The position numbers and the translations under genes are program-made. Shown here one piece after another: positions 1-12,206 of a DNA stretch of 64,000 nucleotides (position 1 is its first letter; every line of letters starts with the position of its first letter). Origin of the DNA: Heterodontus francisci (taxonomy: Eukaryota); assembly GCF_036365525.1 (NCBI RefSeq), contig NW_027142279.1:558001-622000 (forward strand), given 5' to 3'. The notes below the pieces were generated by a model, which saw only the letters and a list, made by a program, of their open reading frames with translations, did not search any database and was not told the origin of the DNA.

Positions 1-902
1 TTAGTAAATTTGCGGATGACACTAAGGTCGGTGGAGTTGTGGATAGTGCCGAAGGATGTTGTAGGGTACAGAGGGACATAGATAGGCTGCAGAGCTGGGC
101 TGAGAGATGGCAAATGGAGTTTAATGCGGAAAAGTGCGAGGTGATTTACTTTGAAAGGAGTAACAGGAATGCAGAGTACTGGGCTAATGGGAAGATTCTT
201 GGTAGTGTAGATGAACAGAGAGATCTTGGTGTCCAGGTGCATAAATCCCTGAAGGTTGCTACCCAGGTTAATAGGGCTGTTAAGAAGGCATATGCTGTGT
301 TAGCTTTTATTAGTAGGGGGATCGAGTTTCGGAGGCACGAGGTCATGCTGCAGCTGTACAAAACTCTGGTGAGACCGCACCTGGAGTATTGCGTGCAGTT
401 CTGGTCACCGCATTATAGGAAGGATGTGGAAGCTATGGAAAGGGTGCAGAGGAGATTTACTAGGATGTTGCCTGGTATGGAGGGAAGGTCTTACGAGGAA
501 AGGCTGAGGGACTTGAGGTTGTTTTCGTTTGAGAGAAGGAGGAGGAGAGGTGACTTAATAGAGACATTTAAGATAATCAGAGGGTTGGATAGGGTGGATA
601 GTGAGAGTCATTTTCCTCGGATGGTGATGGCAAACACGAGGGGACATAGCTTCAAGTTGAGGGGTGATAGATATAGGACAGATGTCAGAGGTAGTTTCTT
701 TACTCAGAGAGTAGTAGGGGCGTGGAGCGCCCTGCCTGCAACAGTAGTAGACTCGCCCACTTTAAGGGCATTTAAGTGGTCATTGGATAGACATATGGAT
801 GAAAATGGAATAGTGTAGGTCAGATGGTTTCACAGGTCTGCGCAACATCGAGGGCCGAAGGGCCTGTACTGCGCTGTAATGTTCTATGTTCTATGTTCTA
901 TC
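1..902 (+). mobile_element. CR1-type LINE, 3' end (RT C-terminus, 3' UTR, tail)
   Basis: ORF 39-818 preceded by SKFADDTK and containing LYKTLVRPHLEYCVQFWSP; GGCCGAAGGGCC hairpin and (TTCTATG)n tail at about 880-902. Confidence 0.95.
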
Positions 903-2221
903 AGTGTAGAACTGATTCTATTCTGTTTATTCAGTCACTAAGTAAGGAATAGGAACTTTCTACAAAACAAAATGAGGACCTGACAGAAATCATCACAGAT
1001 GATCAAGTCCAACAGGAAAATGAACACAATCTGACAGCAGACAACTTCAACTCACAGTTTCTCTCACTAATTGTTCTGGACATTCCAGCACCTTATGATA
1101 GCGAATTATTTACACTGCTGCTTCTTTCTCTTACTTCTGCTTATCTCTTTCCATCGGTTTCGTTCCCCCTGCTCCTTTTCTCCTTCCCTATCTCTCACAC
1201 CCTGTAAATTGTTACTTAATGATGCTTTTCACATAGGATTTATTTCTAACATTCTGCGTCTGTGTTCTGTTCACCAGCCCCAGGTTCAATTATTCTATTC
1301 TCAGAGTAAGTTTGTTCAACGGTGAAACCTCTGTGAATAATTTAATGCATCTACAGAACATTCAAGTCTCCACCTGTTCACCTGCACTCTTCACTTCATC
1401 TACAACATATGGAATAAACAGGATCGAAAGCTACTTCCAGACAAACCTCACAGTCATTGAAATTACTTCTCCTGGAATTATAAAGTAATCTGTTAGAATG
1501 TGGGATTGTTTAATTAATAAAACACCAACATCAGCGCTGCAGCTGATAATCTACAGAAAGACTCTTGATTCCAACTGATCGAATGAAAACCAATAAAACA
1601 TCATATCAATACTTTCTATTTTACAATGTAGTCCAGTGACAGTGAAGGGTCCACAGTGAAGCAGAGAAGGGGAAGTGAAAGTGTCAGCAGCAAACTCAGT
1701 TCAGTAGCCAGACTTCTGAAGCAGTGTCAGACACACACAGAGTGAAATAATGTTTGATAACAGTGATAATCAATAAATACATTGAAATCCCAGTTAAACT
1801 GAGCCATGTTATTGGGGAGGGAGGATATTGTTCTGTTCCCTTGTAACACTGAGACTGTGAGATGTCTCATTATCAATCACTAAAAAGATATCATAAAAAT
1901 ATTCCAGGACCGGTTAGATCCACATCATGAAAATGTTAAAAACTCCGAATGGTCTGATTATTAATCGTAACGGAGAACATGATTTGAATGCAGTCAATAC
2001 ACAGAATAATCCAGTAAGAATGCCACGGTTACTGAAACCAATACAATAAAAGACATGACACATCTCCTGCAGCACTGAAAGAATAGACAATGAGGATATT
2101 CCATCAGTAAATTGCTGGAAAAGAATAGGTGGCTGTGTAACACACACAGTGAGAAATAATACCGAGTACAGCAGCACAGTTAACATCGATTTACACCATT
2201 AACAGCTGAGATTCTGCTTAC

Positions 2222-2291
2222 CAGGAACTCCAATTGCTGCAAGTACTGGATAGTAAATGAATATGAACTGATACATTACTGGATATCCCAT
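2222..2291 (-). CDS. First coding exon of a GPR139/GPR142-like class A GPCR (rest of gene probably left of the window)
   Basis: Manual translation MGYPVMYQFIFIYYPVLAAIGVP followed by phase-1 donor G|GTAAGC; CTCACAG acceptor 2 nt before the ATG; probable 5' UTR exon donor GAG|GTGAGT at 2444/2443. The YYPVLAAIGVP start of TM1 matches the expanded shark GPR139-like genes as I recall them. Confidence 0.7.
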
Positions 2292-2944
2292 TCCTGTGAG
2301 AAGCAGAGGCTTCTATTAGCCTGGAATCCACAGCTCCACCAGGCACTCTGAGCTGATCCAATCCATTGGGTCCTAATTTATACAGGGGATAAGTCTCCAC
2401 TGACACGGTGATACTCCTAATCATTGCTATTAGTTATACTCACCTCAACAAACACATTACATCAGCAGCTTTGATGCTGATGTAAATAATGTGGTGGATA
2501 AAACACAATCATTTCAATGTCAATGACATTTTCTTTGTAAGGCCTCTCTCGGGAATGAACCTGAAAACCGTCCTCATACTGCACGGATGCTACAATTATG
2601 AGAGGCGTCATTTATATTTGCCATATTATTGTATTGACCTTATTCACTCCTGGCATTTCTGTTGTAAATGTAACTGATCTGTCTGCAGTGGACACTGAAT
2701 CCAGGGACAAAAGCAATTACGTTTCACTCTGTTCCTGTCTTTTCCCCAGTTAAAATGTGAACTTTGTGGATCTGATTCAGGACAGTGTTCAGGGTTACAG
2801 CCCAGAAACTACTGTGGGTGATATTGGGGGTCAGACACTGTACACAGCCATTAGGGAGGCAGTCGCATATTGATAATATCACTGCTCAAGTAATCCAGAG
2901 GCCCAACCTGATGTGCTGGGGACAGGGTTCAAAACTCACCTTGG

Positions 2945-3430
2945 CAGCTGTATAAAATAGAGGGAGCTCCCTCTCTCTGCATAAAGTGGAGAGAGCTCCC
3001 TCTGTATGTATACAGTGGAGGAAGCTCCCTCTCTTTGTTTCAAGTGCAGGGAGCTCCCTCTCTATGTATAAAGTGGAGGGAGCTCATTCTCTATGTCTTA
3101 AATGGAGGGAGCTTCCTCTCTATGTATAAAGAGGAGGGAACTCCCTCTCTATGTATATAGTTTAGGGAGCACCCTCTCTATGTATAAATTGGAGCGAGCT
3201 CCCCCTCTATGAATAAAATAGTGGGAGCTCCCCCTCTACGTATAAAGTGGAGGCAGCTCCCTCTCTATGTATAAAGTGGAGGCAGCTCCCTCTCTACGTA
3301 TAAACTGGAGTGAGCACCCTCTGTACGTATGCAGTAGAGCGAGCTCCCTCTCTATGTATACAGTGCAGTGAGCTCCCTCTCTACGTATAAAGTGGAGGGA
3401 GCTCTCGCTCTACGTATAAAGTGGAGGGCG
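2945..3430. repeat. 29-bp minisatellite with palindromic core (GAGGGAGCTCCCTC)
   Basis: Tandem unit TATAAAGTGGAGGGAGCTCCCTCTCTATG, about 16 copies. Confidence 0.9.
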
Positions 3431-4206
3431 AGTCAGGACAAAGGAGAGAGGGAAATGTAAACAAATGGAGTATTGGAGAGAAAAACGAAGTGAAAGACTG
3501 AGGGACAGTAGAGTTAGTAAAATTAGACCTTGACAGAACCCCAGAAACAATGTCAATTGTCTGACCCGTCTGGTATTGGGGATTTAGTGTGAGTGCTTTA
3601 GGGCTGAGTTTTTGCTCAAACTGAAGTGACATTCCCAACAAGCGCAAGAGTTACAGATTCAAAATTAACAACGGAATGGCTCGAAGCATTGCTGTCCATG
3701 GAGAGAGGGAAACAGAGATGGAGGGAGAGAGACACAGACAGAATGGGACAGAGACAGAGGGAGAGAGAGACAGAGAGAGTGTGACAGGGCGGGATTAAAT
3801 GAGAAACTTTAGATCTAATAATGATTGAAAAAAGAGAAAATTAAAAACTAAAACTGGCTGTGTGCAAAAACTAAATTTGAAAGGAAACATTTGGGGTTTA
3901 GTGTGAGTGTTTTGGAGGGAACTGTTGGATCAGTGTTTCATATTTTCAAACTGCAGGGACAGTTATTATTGTGGACAATATATTATCAAAAATTGACAAA
4001 CTTTAGAAGTAGGGGAAAAGGGAGACAGGGTGTGAGGGGACCTTGACAGAACCTCAGTAAAAATCCCCATTATCTGCCCAGTCCTGTATTGGGGGTTTAG
4101 TGTGAGAGTTTAGGGAGCGTGTGTTGATCAGTGTTTGATATTTTCAAACTGCAGTGACGTTCCCAGCAAGGCCAAGAATTGCAGGTTCAAAATTAACCAA
4201 TAAATG

Positions 4207-4547
4207 TTTAGTTTAGAGATACAGCTCTGAAACAGGCCCTTCGGCCCACCGAGTCTGTGCCGACCATCAACCACCATTTATATACTAATCCTACACTAAT
4301 TCCATATTACTACCACATCCCCACCTGTCCCTATATTTCCCGACCACCTACGTATACTAGGGACAATTTATAATGGCCAATTTACCTATCAACCTGCAAG
4401 TCTTTGGCATGTCGGGGGAAACCGGAGCACCCAGAGGAAACCCACGCAGACACAGGGAAAACTTGCAAACTCCACACAGGCAGAATTGAACCCGGGTCGC
4501 TGGAGATGTGAGGCTGCGGTGCTAACCACTGCGCCACTGTGCCACCC
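4207..4547 (-). mobile_element. tRNA-derived SINE (HE1-like) with CR1-type 3' tail
   Basis: Minus strand begins GGTGGCACAGTGGCGCAGTGGTTAGCACC with B-box-like GGTTCAATTC and ends in GGGCCGAAGGGCCTGTTTC. Confidence 0.8.
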
Positions 4548-4914
4548 ACATATTTTCAAACTGCAGGGACGTCCCCAGCAAGGGCAAGAATTGCAGGTTC
4601 AAAATTAACCAATAAATGGACGAAACCATTTCTGTCCAAGGAGAGAGAGAGGGAGAGATGGTGTGAGAGAGGCACAGGCACAGTCATGGACTGCGGCGGG
4701 GAAAGAGGGAGAAGGAGATCGAGGGAGAGAGAGAAAGAGATGGAGAGAGACAGACATGAGAGGCAGAGACAAATAGAGGATGAGACAAGATGTAACAGTC
4801 AGTAACAATCCTCATTATCTGCCCAGTCCTGTGTTGGGAGTTTAGTGTGAATGTTTTACGCGTGAGTGTTGGATCAGTGTTTGATATTTTCACACTGCAG
4901 TGACCTTCCCAACA

Positions 4915-5520
4915 AGGCAGGTATAGAATAGAAGAGCTTGGAGGTTATGCTGAAACTGCATAACCCATTGGTTAGACCACAACTCGAGTACTGTGTGCAG
5001 TTCTGGTCACATCGTTACAGAAAGGATGCAATTGCACTGGAGAGGGTACAGAGGAGATTTACGAGGATGTTGCCAGAACTGGAAAATGCAGCTATGAGGG
5101 AAGATTGGATCGGCTGTGGCTGTTCTCCTTGGCACAGAGAAGGCTGACGGGAGATCTGACTGAAATGTGAAGGGCTTGGATAGAGTGGAAGTGAAGGGTC
5201 GATTCACCTTAGTAGAGAGCTCAGCGATGAAGGGGCATAGACTTAAAGTGATTGGTAGAAAGATTAGAAGGGAGATGAGGAAAATATTTTTCACTCAGAG
5301 GGTGGTGAGGGTCTGGAACAGATGGCCTGAAAGGGGAGTTGAGGCGGAAAACCTCAAGTCATTCAAAAGGAGTCTGGATATGCACCTCAAGTGCCTGAAT
5401 CTACAGGGCTACGGAACAAAGGGTGGCAGGTGGGATTAGAGTAGGAAGATCGTTATTTGTCTGGCACAGATACGATGAGACAAGTGGCCTCTTTCTGTGC
5501 CTTAAAATTTCTGTGATTCT
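4915..5520 (+). mobile_element. Degenerate CR1 3' fragment
   Basis: Broken ORFs 4938-5147 (LVRPQLEYCVQFWS) and 5167-5439 (FFTQRVVRVWN). Confidence 0.9.
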
Positions 5521-5579
5521 AAAGGAAAGAGTTACTGGTTCTAAATTAACAAAGACATGTCTGAAAGCATTGCTGTCCT

Positions 5580-6410
5580 GGGACAGAGAGAGGAAGGGAG
5601 AGATGAAAAGAGAGAGAGAGCGAGAGAGAGGCAGAGAAATAGGGGGAAGGGAGAGACAGAGAGAGAGGGAGAGACAGAGAGAGAGGGAAGAAACAGACCG
5701 AGAGACAGGGGGGAGACAGAGACAGAGCGAGAAAGAGAAACAGAGACAGAGAAGGAGGGAGAGACAGAAGCAGCGGAAATCGAGACAGGGAAGACAGAGA
5801 CAGCGAGGGAGATAAAGAAAGACCGAAAGGGAGCGGCACAGAGAGAGAGGGAGGGAGAGGGGGAGGGGCAGAGGGAGAGGGAAAGACAGACGGAGGGACA
5901 GACAGAGAGGGGAGACAGAGAAGGTGGGAGAGACAGAAACAGGGGAGATAGAGACAAGGGAGACAGAGGGGAGGGAAATTCAGACAGAGAGGGAGTGGCA
6001 GAGAGAGGGATAGAGCGGTAGAGGGAGAGAGGGAGGGACAGAGGGAGAGGGAAAGACAGACAGAGGGACAGATGCAGACGGAGAGACAGAGACAGAGAGA
6101 ACGATTGGGAGAGACAGAGATTGGGGGAGACAGGGTAGAGGGAGAGACCGAGACAAAGAGAAAGATGGGAGAGATAGGGATTGGCAGAGAGAGGGAGAGT
6201 GAAAGCAGGAGAGACCAAGAGAGAGCGAGGCAGAGCGGGAGAGACAGAGGGAGGTACAGAGGGAGGGACAGAGGGAGAGACAGACAGAGAGACAGAGAGA
6301 GAGACAGAGAGAGACGGGGAGACCGAGAGAGAGAGAGACAGGGCAAAGAGAGAGAGAGAGGGAGTAAGAGAGTGAAGATAGAAAAATAGAGAGAGACAGA
6401 GATAGAGAGT
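5580..6410. repeat. AG-rich low-complexity tract
   Basis: GAGA/GACAGA runs. Confidence 0.9.
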
Positions 6411-7810
6411 GGGCAGACTACCAGAGCAACTTTAGGTCAGTTATTTTAACTTTGGTGGTAGAAAATATCCAGAAAAAATAATTCGGATCACCATCAATAG
6501 TCACATGGATAAATGTGAGTTAATTCAGGAAAGGCAGTATGGATTTCATAAGGGAAAATCATGTTTAACAAACTGGCTGGAGTTTTTTGAGGAGGTAACT
6601 GAGAGGGTTGATGAGGGCAATGTTGTTGATGTGGTGTACATGGATTTTCAAAAGGCGTTTGATACAGTGCCACACAACAGACGTGTGAGCAAACTTGTAG
6701 CTCATAGAATAAATACTACGGTAGCAACATGGATACGGAATTGGCTGAGTGGCAGGAAACAAAGAGTTGTGATTAATGGATGTTTTTCAGGCTGAATGAA
6801 GTTTTGTAGTGGAGTTCCCCAGGGGTCAGGGTTGGGACCCTTGAGTTTCTTCATATGTATATTAATGACCGAGACCTCGGTGTACAGGGCACAATTTCAA
6901 AGTTTGCAGATGATACGAAACTTGGAAGCATTGTGAACTGTGAGGACGATAGTGACGAATTTCAAAAAGACATATACAAGTTGGTGGAATGGGCAGGCAG
7001 GTGGCAGATAACGTTCAATGCATAGAAATGTGAAGTGATTCATTTTGGTAGGAAGAACATGGAGTGACAATATAGAATAAAGGGAACAATTCCAAAGTGG
7101 GAGCAGGAGCAGAGGGACCTGGGTGTAAATGTACAGAAGTCATTGAAAGTGGCAGTCAGGTTGAGAGAGTGGTTAATAAAGCATACAGTATCCTGGGATT
7201 TATTAATAGGGGCACAGAGTACAAGAGCAAGGAGGTTATGTAGAACTTGTATTAGACACTAGTTCATCCTCAGCACGAGTATTGCGTCCATTTCTGAGAG
7301 CCACACTTTAGGAAAGATGTGAGGGCATTGGACAGAGTACAGAAGAGATTCACGAGAATGGTTCCAGGGATGAGGAATTTCAGTTATGAAGATAGATTGG
7401 AGAAGTTAGGACTGTTTTCCTTGGAGAAGAGAAGGCTGAGAGGTGATTTGATAGAAGTATTCAACATCATGAGGGATCTGGACAGAGCAGATAGGGAGAA
7501 ACTGTTCCCACTTGTGAAAGGATCGAGAACGAGATGACACAGACAGAAAATATTTGGTCAGAGAAGCAAAAGTGACATGGGGAAAATCTTTTTCATGCAG
7601 TGTGTGGTTAATGTCTGGAATGCGCTGCCTGAGAACGTGGTGGAGGCAGGTTCAATTGAAGCATTCAAAAGGGAATTAGACAGTGATATGAAAAGGAAGA
7701 ATGTGCAGGGTTATGAAGAGAAGGCAGGGTAATGGAACTGAGAGAATTGCACTCTCGGAAATCCAGTGCAGACAAGATGGCCCGAATGGCCTCCTTAAGC
7801 ACTGCAACAA
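6410..7810 (+). mobile_element. Degenerate CR1 RT region and 3' end
   Basis: QYGFHKGKSCLTN, VYMDFQKAFD, KFADDTK and RRLRGDLIEVF across stops and frameshifts. Confidence 0.92.
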
Positions 7811-7936
7811 CTCTGATACAGAGGCAGAGAAAGAGAGAAGGGGAGAGACAGAGAGAGAGGCAGAGGGAGAGAGAGCATGTGAGAGAGACAGAGACAGAGA
7901 AGGTGAAACAGAGAGAGGGGCAGGCAGTGGCAAAGT

Positions 7937-8084
7937 NNNNNNNNNNNNNNNNNNNNNNNNNNNNNNNNNNNNNNNNNNNNNNNNNNNNNNNNNNNNNNNN
8001 NNNNNNNNNNNNNNNNNNNNNNNNNNNNNNNNNNNNNNNNNNNNNNNNNNNNNNNNNNNNNNNNNNNNNNNNNNNNNNNNNNNN
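7937..8084. other. Assembly gap (N run)
   Basis: Run of N. Confidence 0.99.
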
Positions 8085-8259
8085 AGGAGACAGCGTGGGA
8101 GGGAGAGATGATGTGAGAGAAAAACAGAGTAAAGTATTCAGACAGAATAAGAGTGACAGAGAGAGGGAGAGACAGTGACAAGGAGAGGGTCAAAGAGAGA
8201 CAGAGACAGAAAGAGAGAAGGAGAGGCACAGAAAGGGAGAGCGAGAAAGAGAGAGAGAT

Positions 8260-10445
8260 ATCACACGGTGGAGATACAATAATAAGAGAACCACACAGAG
8301 ACACTCCCTGCGGAGATACTATAATAACAGACCCACTCAGTCACTCTCCTTTGTGGAGATGCTATGATAACAGACCCACTCAGTAGCTCTCCCAGTGGAG
8401 ATACTATAATAACAGACACACTCACAGACTCTCTCTCTAACGATACTATAATAACAGACTCACTCGGTGACTCTCCCTGTCGAGATACTATGATTACAGA
8501 CGCACTCAGTGAATCTCCCTGTGGAGATACTGCAATTTCAGATCTACTCACTGACTCTCCTTGTGGTGATAGTTTAAGAACAGACCCACTCAATGATTGT
8601 CCCAGTTGAGATACGATATTTACAGACCCACTCAGTAACTCTCCCTGTGGAGATACGATAATAACAGACCAACTCAGTGACACTCCTTGTGGAGATACTA
8701 TAATAACAGTGCAACTCAGTGACTCTCCTTGTGGATATACTATAATAACAGACCCACTCAGTGACTCTCCCTGTGGAGATAGTGTAATAACAGACCCACT
8801 CAGTGACTCTCCCTGTGGACATGCGACAGCAACAGACCCACTCAATGATTGTCCCAGTTGAGATACTATAATTGCAGACCGACACAGTGACTCCCCTCGT
8901 GGAGATGCAATAATAACAGACCCACTCAGTGACTCTCACTGTGGAGATACTATAATAACAGACCCACTCAGTGACTCTCTCTGTGGAGATACTATAATAA
9001 CAGACCCACTCAGTGACTCTCCCTGTGGAGATACTATAATAACAGACCCACTCAGTGACTCTCCCTGTGTAGATACTATAATAACAGACCCACTCAGTGA
9101 CTCTCCTTGTGGAGATACTATAATAACAGACCCACTCAGTGACTCTCTCTGTGGAGATACTATAATAACAGACCCACTCAGTGACTCTCCCACTGGAGAT
9201 ACTATAATAACAGACCGACTCAGTGACTCTCCCTGTGGAGATACTATAATAACAGACCCACTCAGTGACTCTCCCTGTGGAGACACTATAATAACAGACA
9301 CACTCAGTTTCTCTCCCTGTGGAGATACTATAATAACAGACACACTCAGTTTCTCTCCCTGTGGAGATACTATAATAACAGACCCACTCAGTGACTCTCC
9401 CACTGGAGATACTATAATAACAGACCGACTCAGTGACTCTCCCTGTGGAGATACTATAATTACAGACCCACTCAATGACTCGCCCTGTGCAGATACTACA
9501 GACACAGACACACTCAATGACTCTCCGCAAGGAGGTACTATAATCAGAGACACAATCATACACCCTCCCTGTGGAGATACTCTAATAACAGATCCACTCA
9601 GTGACTCTCCCTGTGGAGATACTCTAATAACAGATCCACTCAGAAACACTCCCTGTGGAGATACTATAATAACAGACCAACTCAGTGACTCTCCCTGTGG
9701 AGATTCTATAATAACAGACACAATAATTCAGTCTCCCTGTGGAGATACTATAATACCAGAGAGACTCAGTGACTCTCCCTGTGTAGATAATACAAAAACA
9801 GACCCACTCAGTGGCTCCCCCTGTGCAGATGCTAAAGAAACAGATTCACACAGTGACTCTCCCTGTGGAGATACTACAACAACAGAGACACTTACTGACT
9901 CTCCCACTTGAGATACTATAATAACAGACATAATCATTCACCATCCCTGCGGAGATACTATAATAACAGCCGCACTCAGAGACTCACCCTCAGGAGATAC
10001 TATAATAACAGACCAACTCAGTGACCCTCCTTGTGGAGATATTATAATAACAGACCCACTCAGTGACTCTCACTGTGGAGACACTGTAATTTCAGATCCA
10101 CTCACTGACACTGCCTGTGGTGATAGTATAAGAACAGACCCACTCAATGAATGTCCCAGTTGAGATACTATAATTACAGAGAGACACAGTGACTCTCCCT
10201 GTGGAGATGCAATAATAACAGACACAATCATTCACTCTCCCTGTGGAGATACTATAATAACAGACCCACAAAGTGACTCTCACTGTGGAGATACTATAAT
10301 AACAGACGCACTCAGTGACTCTCCCTTTGGAGATACACTAATAACAGACCGACTCCACTGGGAGATTCACTGAGTGGGTCTGTTATTATAATATCTCCAC
10401 AGGGAGAGTCACTGAGTGGGTCTGTTATTATAGTATCTGCACGGG
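8260..10445. repeat. 42-bp tandem satellite, about 50 copies, last two copies inverted
   Basis: Unit GGAGATACTATAATAACAGACCCACTCAGTGACTCTCCCTGT; orientation flips near 10360. Confidence 0.95.
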
Positions 10446-10459
10446 GTGCAGATACTCTG

Positions 10460-10920
10460 TAAACTCCCACCCTGACCTCTCTGTCCTCGACCTCCTTCTC
10501 TGCTCCAATGAAGCTCAACAGAAACTCGAAGAACAGCACCTCATCTTTCAATTGGGCACTTTACAGCTTTCTGAACTCAACAGCTAGTTTAATCATTTCT
10601 GATCATAACCACTGCTCCGGTTTATTTGGACAGAGGCTTGTTGGTAATGATTGTGTTTCTGCCAGTTCTGCCTCTTCTGGACCCATCGTTTGTTCTTTAC
10701 TTGACCCATTAACATCCCTTTTGTCTTGCACCAGCCTCAGTTTTGTTATTCAATCTATTTTGCATTTCTCCCATTCCCCCTCTCTCTGACTTTGTGCTGC
10801 TTAAAACTTAATAGATCTGTAAATCCTTCCAGTTCTGTTGAAAGATCTACGACCTGATATGCGAATGTTTTTTTCTCCCTCCACAGAGGCTGTCTGATCT
10901 GATTAACATTTCCATCCTTA
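10460..10920 (+). mobile_element. Penelope-like element relic (GIY-YIG C-terminal end)
   Basis: Translates SNEAQQKLEEQHLIFQLGTLQ at about 10504-10566, typical of the Penelope endonuclease end. Confidence 0.65.
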
Positions 10921-11214
10921 TTTATTTATAACCCAGAAAGGCAACGAGCACCAATATAGTGACAGAGCGCCCAGAACCTAAACCATCCAGCATCTGTGGT
11001 ACCTTGCGTTCAGTTCACCAGTCTGTAACAGGGATGTAGTTATTTAATTATCAGGAGATGTTCATGGACAAGTTTCAAAGTCCCTATTGAAACATCATCA
11101 ATAATCTGATACTTATCACGGTCCTACACCGCCCTCTGCTGTCACTGTGGAGAAAGACAACACTGTCAGTGAATAAAACACAACAGTGTCTGTATATCTA
11201 TTTGCCTATCTATC

Positions 11215-11755
11215 NNNNNNNNNNNNNNNNNNNNNNNNNNNNNNNNNNNNNNNNNNNNNNNNNNNNNNNNNNNNNNNNNNNNNNNNNNNNNNNNNNNNNN
11301 NNNNNNNNNNNNNNNNNNNNNNNNNNNNNNNNNNNNNNNNNNNNNNNNNNNNNNNNNNNNNNNNNNNNNNNNNNNNNNNNNNNNNNNNNNNNNNNNNNNN
11401 NNNNNNNNNNNNNNNNNNNNNNNNNNNNNNNNNNNNNNNNNNNNNNNNNNNNNNNNNNNNNNNNNNNNNNNNNNNNNNNNNNNNNNNNNNNNNNNNNNNN
11501 NNNNNNNNNNNNNNNNNNNNNNNNNNNNNNNNNNNNNNNNNNNNNNNNNNNNNNNNNNNNNNNNNNNNNNNNNNNNNNNNNNNNNNNNNNNNNNNNNNNN
11601 NNNNNNNNNNNNNNNNNNNNNNNNNNNNNNNNNNNNNNNNNNNNNNNNNNNNNNNNNNNNNNNNNNNNNNNNNNNNNNNNNNNNNNNNNNNNNNNNNNNN
11701 NNNNNNNNNNNNNNNNNNNNNNNNNNNNNNNNNNNNNNNNNNNNNNNNNNNNNNN
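11215..11755. other. Assembly gap flanked by (TCTA)n microsatellite
   Basis: Run of N, TCTA repeats to about 11870. Confidence 0.99.
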
Positions 11756-11784
11756 GCCTACCTGTCTATCTGTCTGTATGTCTG

Positions 11785-11869
<85 letters not shown>

Positions 11870-12167
11870 GTACCTAATCTGCACTTCACACATTAAACCC
11901 TTTCAGAATCTCTCTAAGAACACTAAAGGTTTATCCTTCAGTCTTCTCTTTTCTGGTTCAGACTTCTTTGATCGTTATAACTTCTCAGTATCGGTTTCAT
12001 TCCTCGAAATTCTATCTCGCAATTTTCCACTGTCTCTAAATCTAATCTCGTTCTATTTAAATCCGCCCTGTCTTCTTGTGAAAAACATGTTCCCAATGAC
12101 AAAAACACCCAGCAGGACGCAGCACCGTCTGGGTTTATCTGAAACAGGTGTTTCCTGTTGCCTTTGG

Positions 12168-12206
12168 GGTTTTTGTTGAACTGCTCCATCTCTCTGAGTC
12201 ACTGTT
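12168..12206 (-). promoter_or_regulatory. 23-RSS of V1, defective heptamer
   Basis: AACAGTG-23 bp-ACAAAAACC; the invariant first C is replaced by A. Confidence 0.9.

Noticed and set aside
1914-2186. Hydrophobic 90-aa minus-strand ORF as part of the GPCR
   Set aside because: Lies inside the intron after the 2222 donor and shows no recognisable TM1-TM2 continuation
8261-9937. Long repetitive ORFs (SVIIVSPQGESLSG)n and the 54.7-55.6 kb ORFs
   Set aside because: Products of 42-bp and 33-bp satellites, open in several frames, with no splice or domain evidence
11143-11167. Possible D segment: CACTGTG-GAGAAAGACAA-CACTGTC
   Set aside because: Second heptamer is poor and I see no convincing nonamers at 12 or 23 bp; better explained as the flank of a CTCF-like motif
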